Part shown: positions 63,502 to 64,000 of the stretch, piece by piece
Position numbering within the stretch: position 1 is the stretch's first letter
How the letters are laid out: each line of letters starts with the position of its first letter
From: Neoechinorhynchus agilis
Taxonomy: Eukaryota; Animalia; Acanthocephala
Length of the DNA stretch: 64,000 bases
Direction of reading: 5' to 3'
Assembly (NCBI GenBank): GCA_051530055.1
Contig: CM121341.1
Coordinates: 18,144,784 to 18,208,783, forward strand
The notes under the pieces: generated by a model
What the model was told of the DNA's origin: nothing
Database searches by the model: none
The model's input: only the letters and a program-made list of their open reading frames with translations
Position numbers and translations under genes: made by a program

Positions 63502-64000
63502 CTTCAAAGCAATAAACAAGGATGCCTTAGTTATAGGGGGGAAATTGCACGTCTTTCGTCTCGTGTATTCGTGAAATGCTCTTAGTTATTCTGACAACAT
63601 AGATGATTCAATGATGATTGGTTTGACTGGCGACAAATCATTCGTGCGAACATTTCCTAAACGCTGCTTGATTCCAGTAAATTTGCTAAAAAGGATCTTA
63701 CAAAATTCATTATCGAATCTTTTATTTACTCTCTTTTTCTTGACTGATTTTGTCATTTTTTAAAAAGGAATGTGATTTTGCAGTCGATTAGTATGAAGGA
63801 TGCGATTTGTTTTCAAAAACTTTCTTTTTTGTATCGCTTTTCTTTCTTTACCAAGGATTGCTCGCACGTACACCATATCAATTCCGTACAGTGTCCTTCC
63901 TATTGTGGTTGGATAATGTGATCCTATTTATCCATCTAAACATTATCGACTCCATAACGGCGGGGCGTTGCTCGTTACGCTTGGTTATTGGCCAGCATTC

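Noticed and set aside
63830-64000. GC-richer segment at the window end as an exon
   Set aside because: A short open frame and a donor exist, but it is truncated by the window and no family is recognisable.

Overview
AT-rich eukaryotic (most likely invertebrate animal) genomic DNA with short spliceosomal introns (mostly ~35-65 nt). Recognisable genes: 3' end of a GMAP-210/TRIP11-like golgin, IDI1, CNOT3, an intronless SH3-less PACSIN-type F-BAR gene, AFG2A/SPATA5, NDUFS2, ARP2, an N4BP1/KHNYN-like NYN-domain gene and cytochrome c, plus several unassigned ORFs. Repeats: several fragments of CRE-clade (RT + restriction-like endonuclease) non-LTR retrotransposons, two decayed CR1-group-like LINEs, other RT relics, fold-back/MITE-like elements, local duplications and an ~11.5 kb array of a 92-bp satellite with higher-order structure (50653-62114). 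The two most interesting signals are: (1) three divergent minimal type I hammerhead-ribozyme motifs (6222, 19905, 35982) with the same architecture and an AATAAA exactly 3 nt after the predicted cleavage site; (2) four conserved genes (IDI1, AFG2A, NDUFS2, ARP2), each with one short intron whose plain GT-AG reading does not restore the conserved protein, suggesting non-canonical 5' splice sites or recent intron gain. Single-base assembly errors cannot be excluded. All protein assignments come from recalled family motifs, not database searches.
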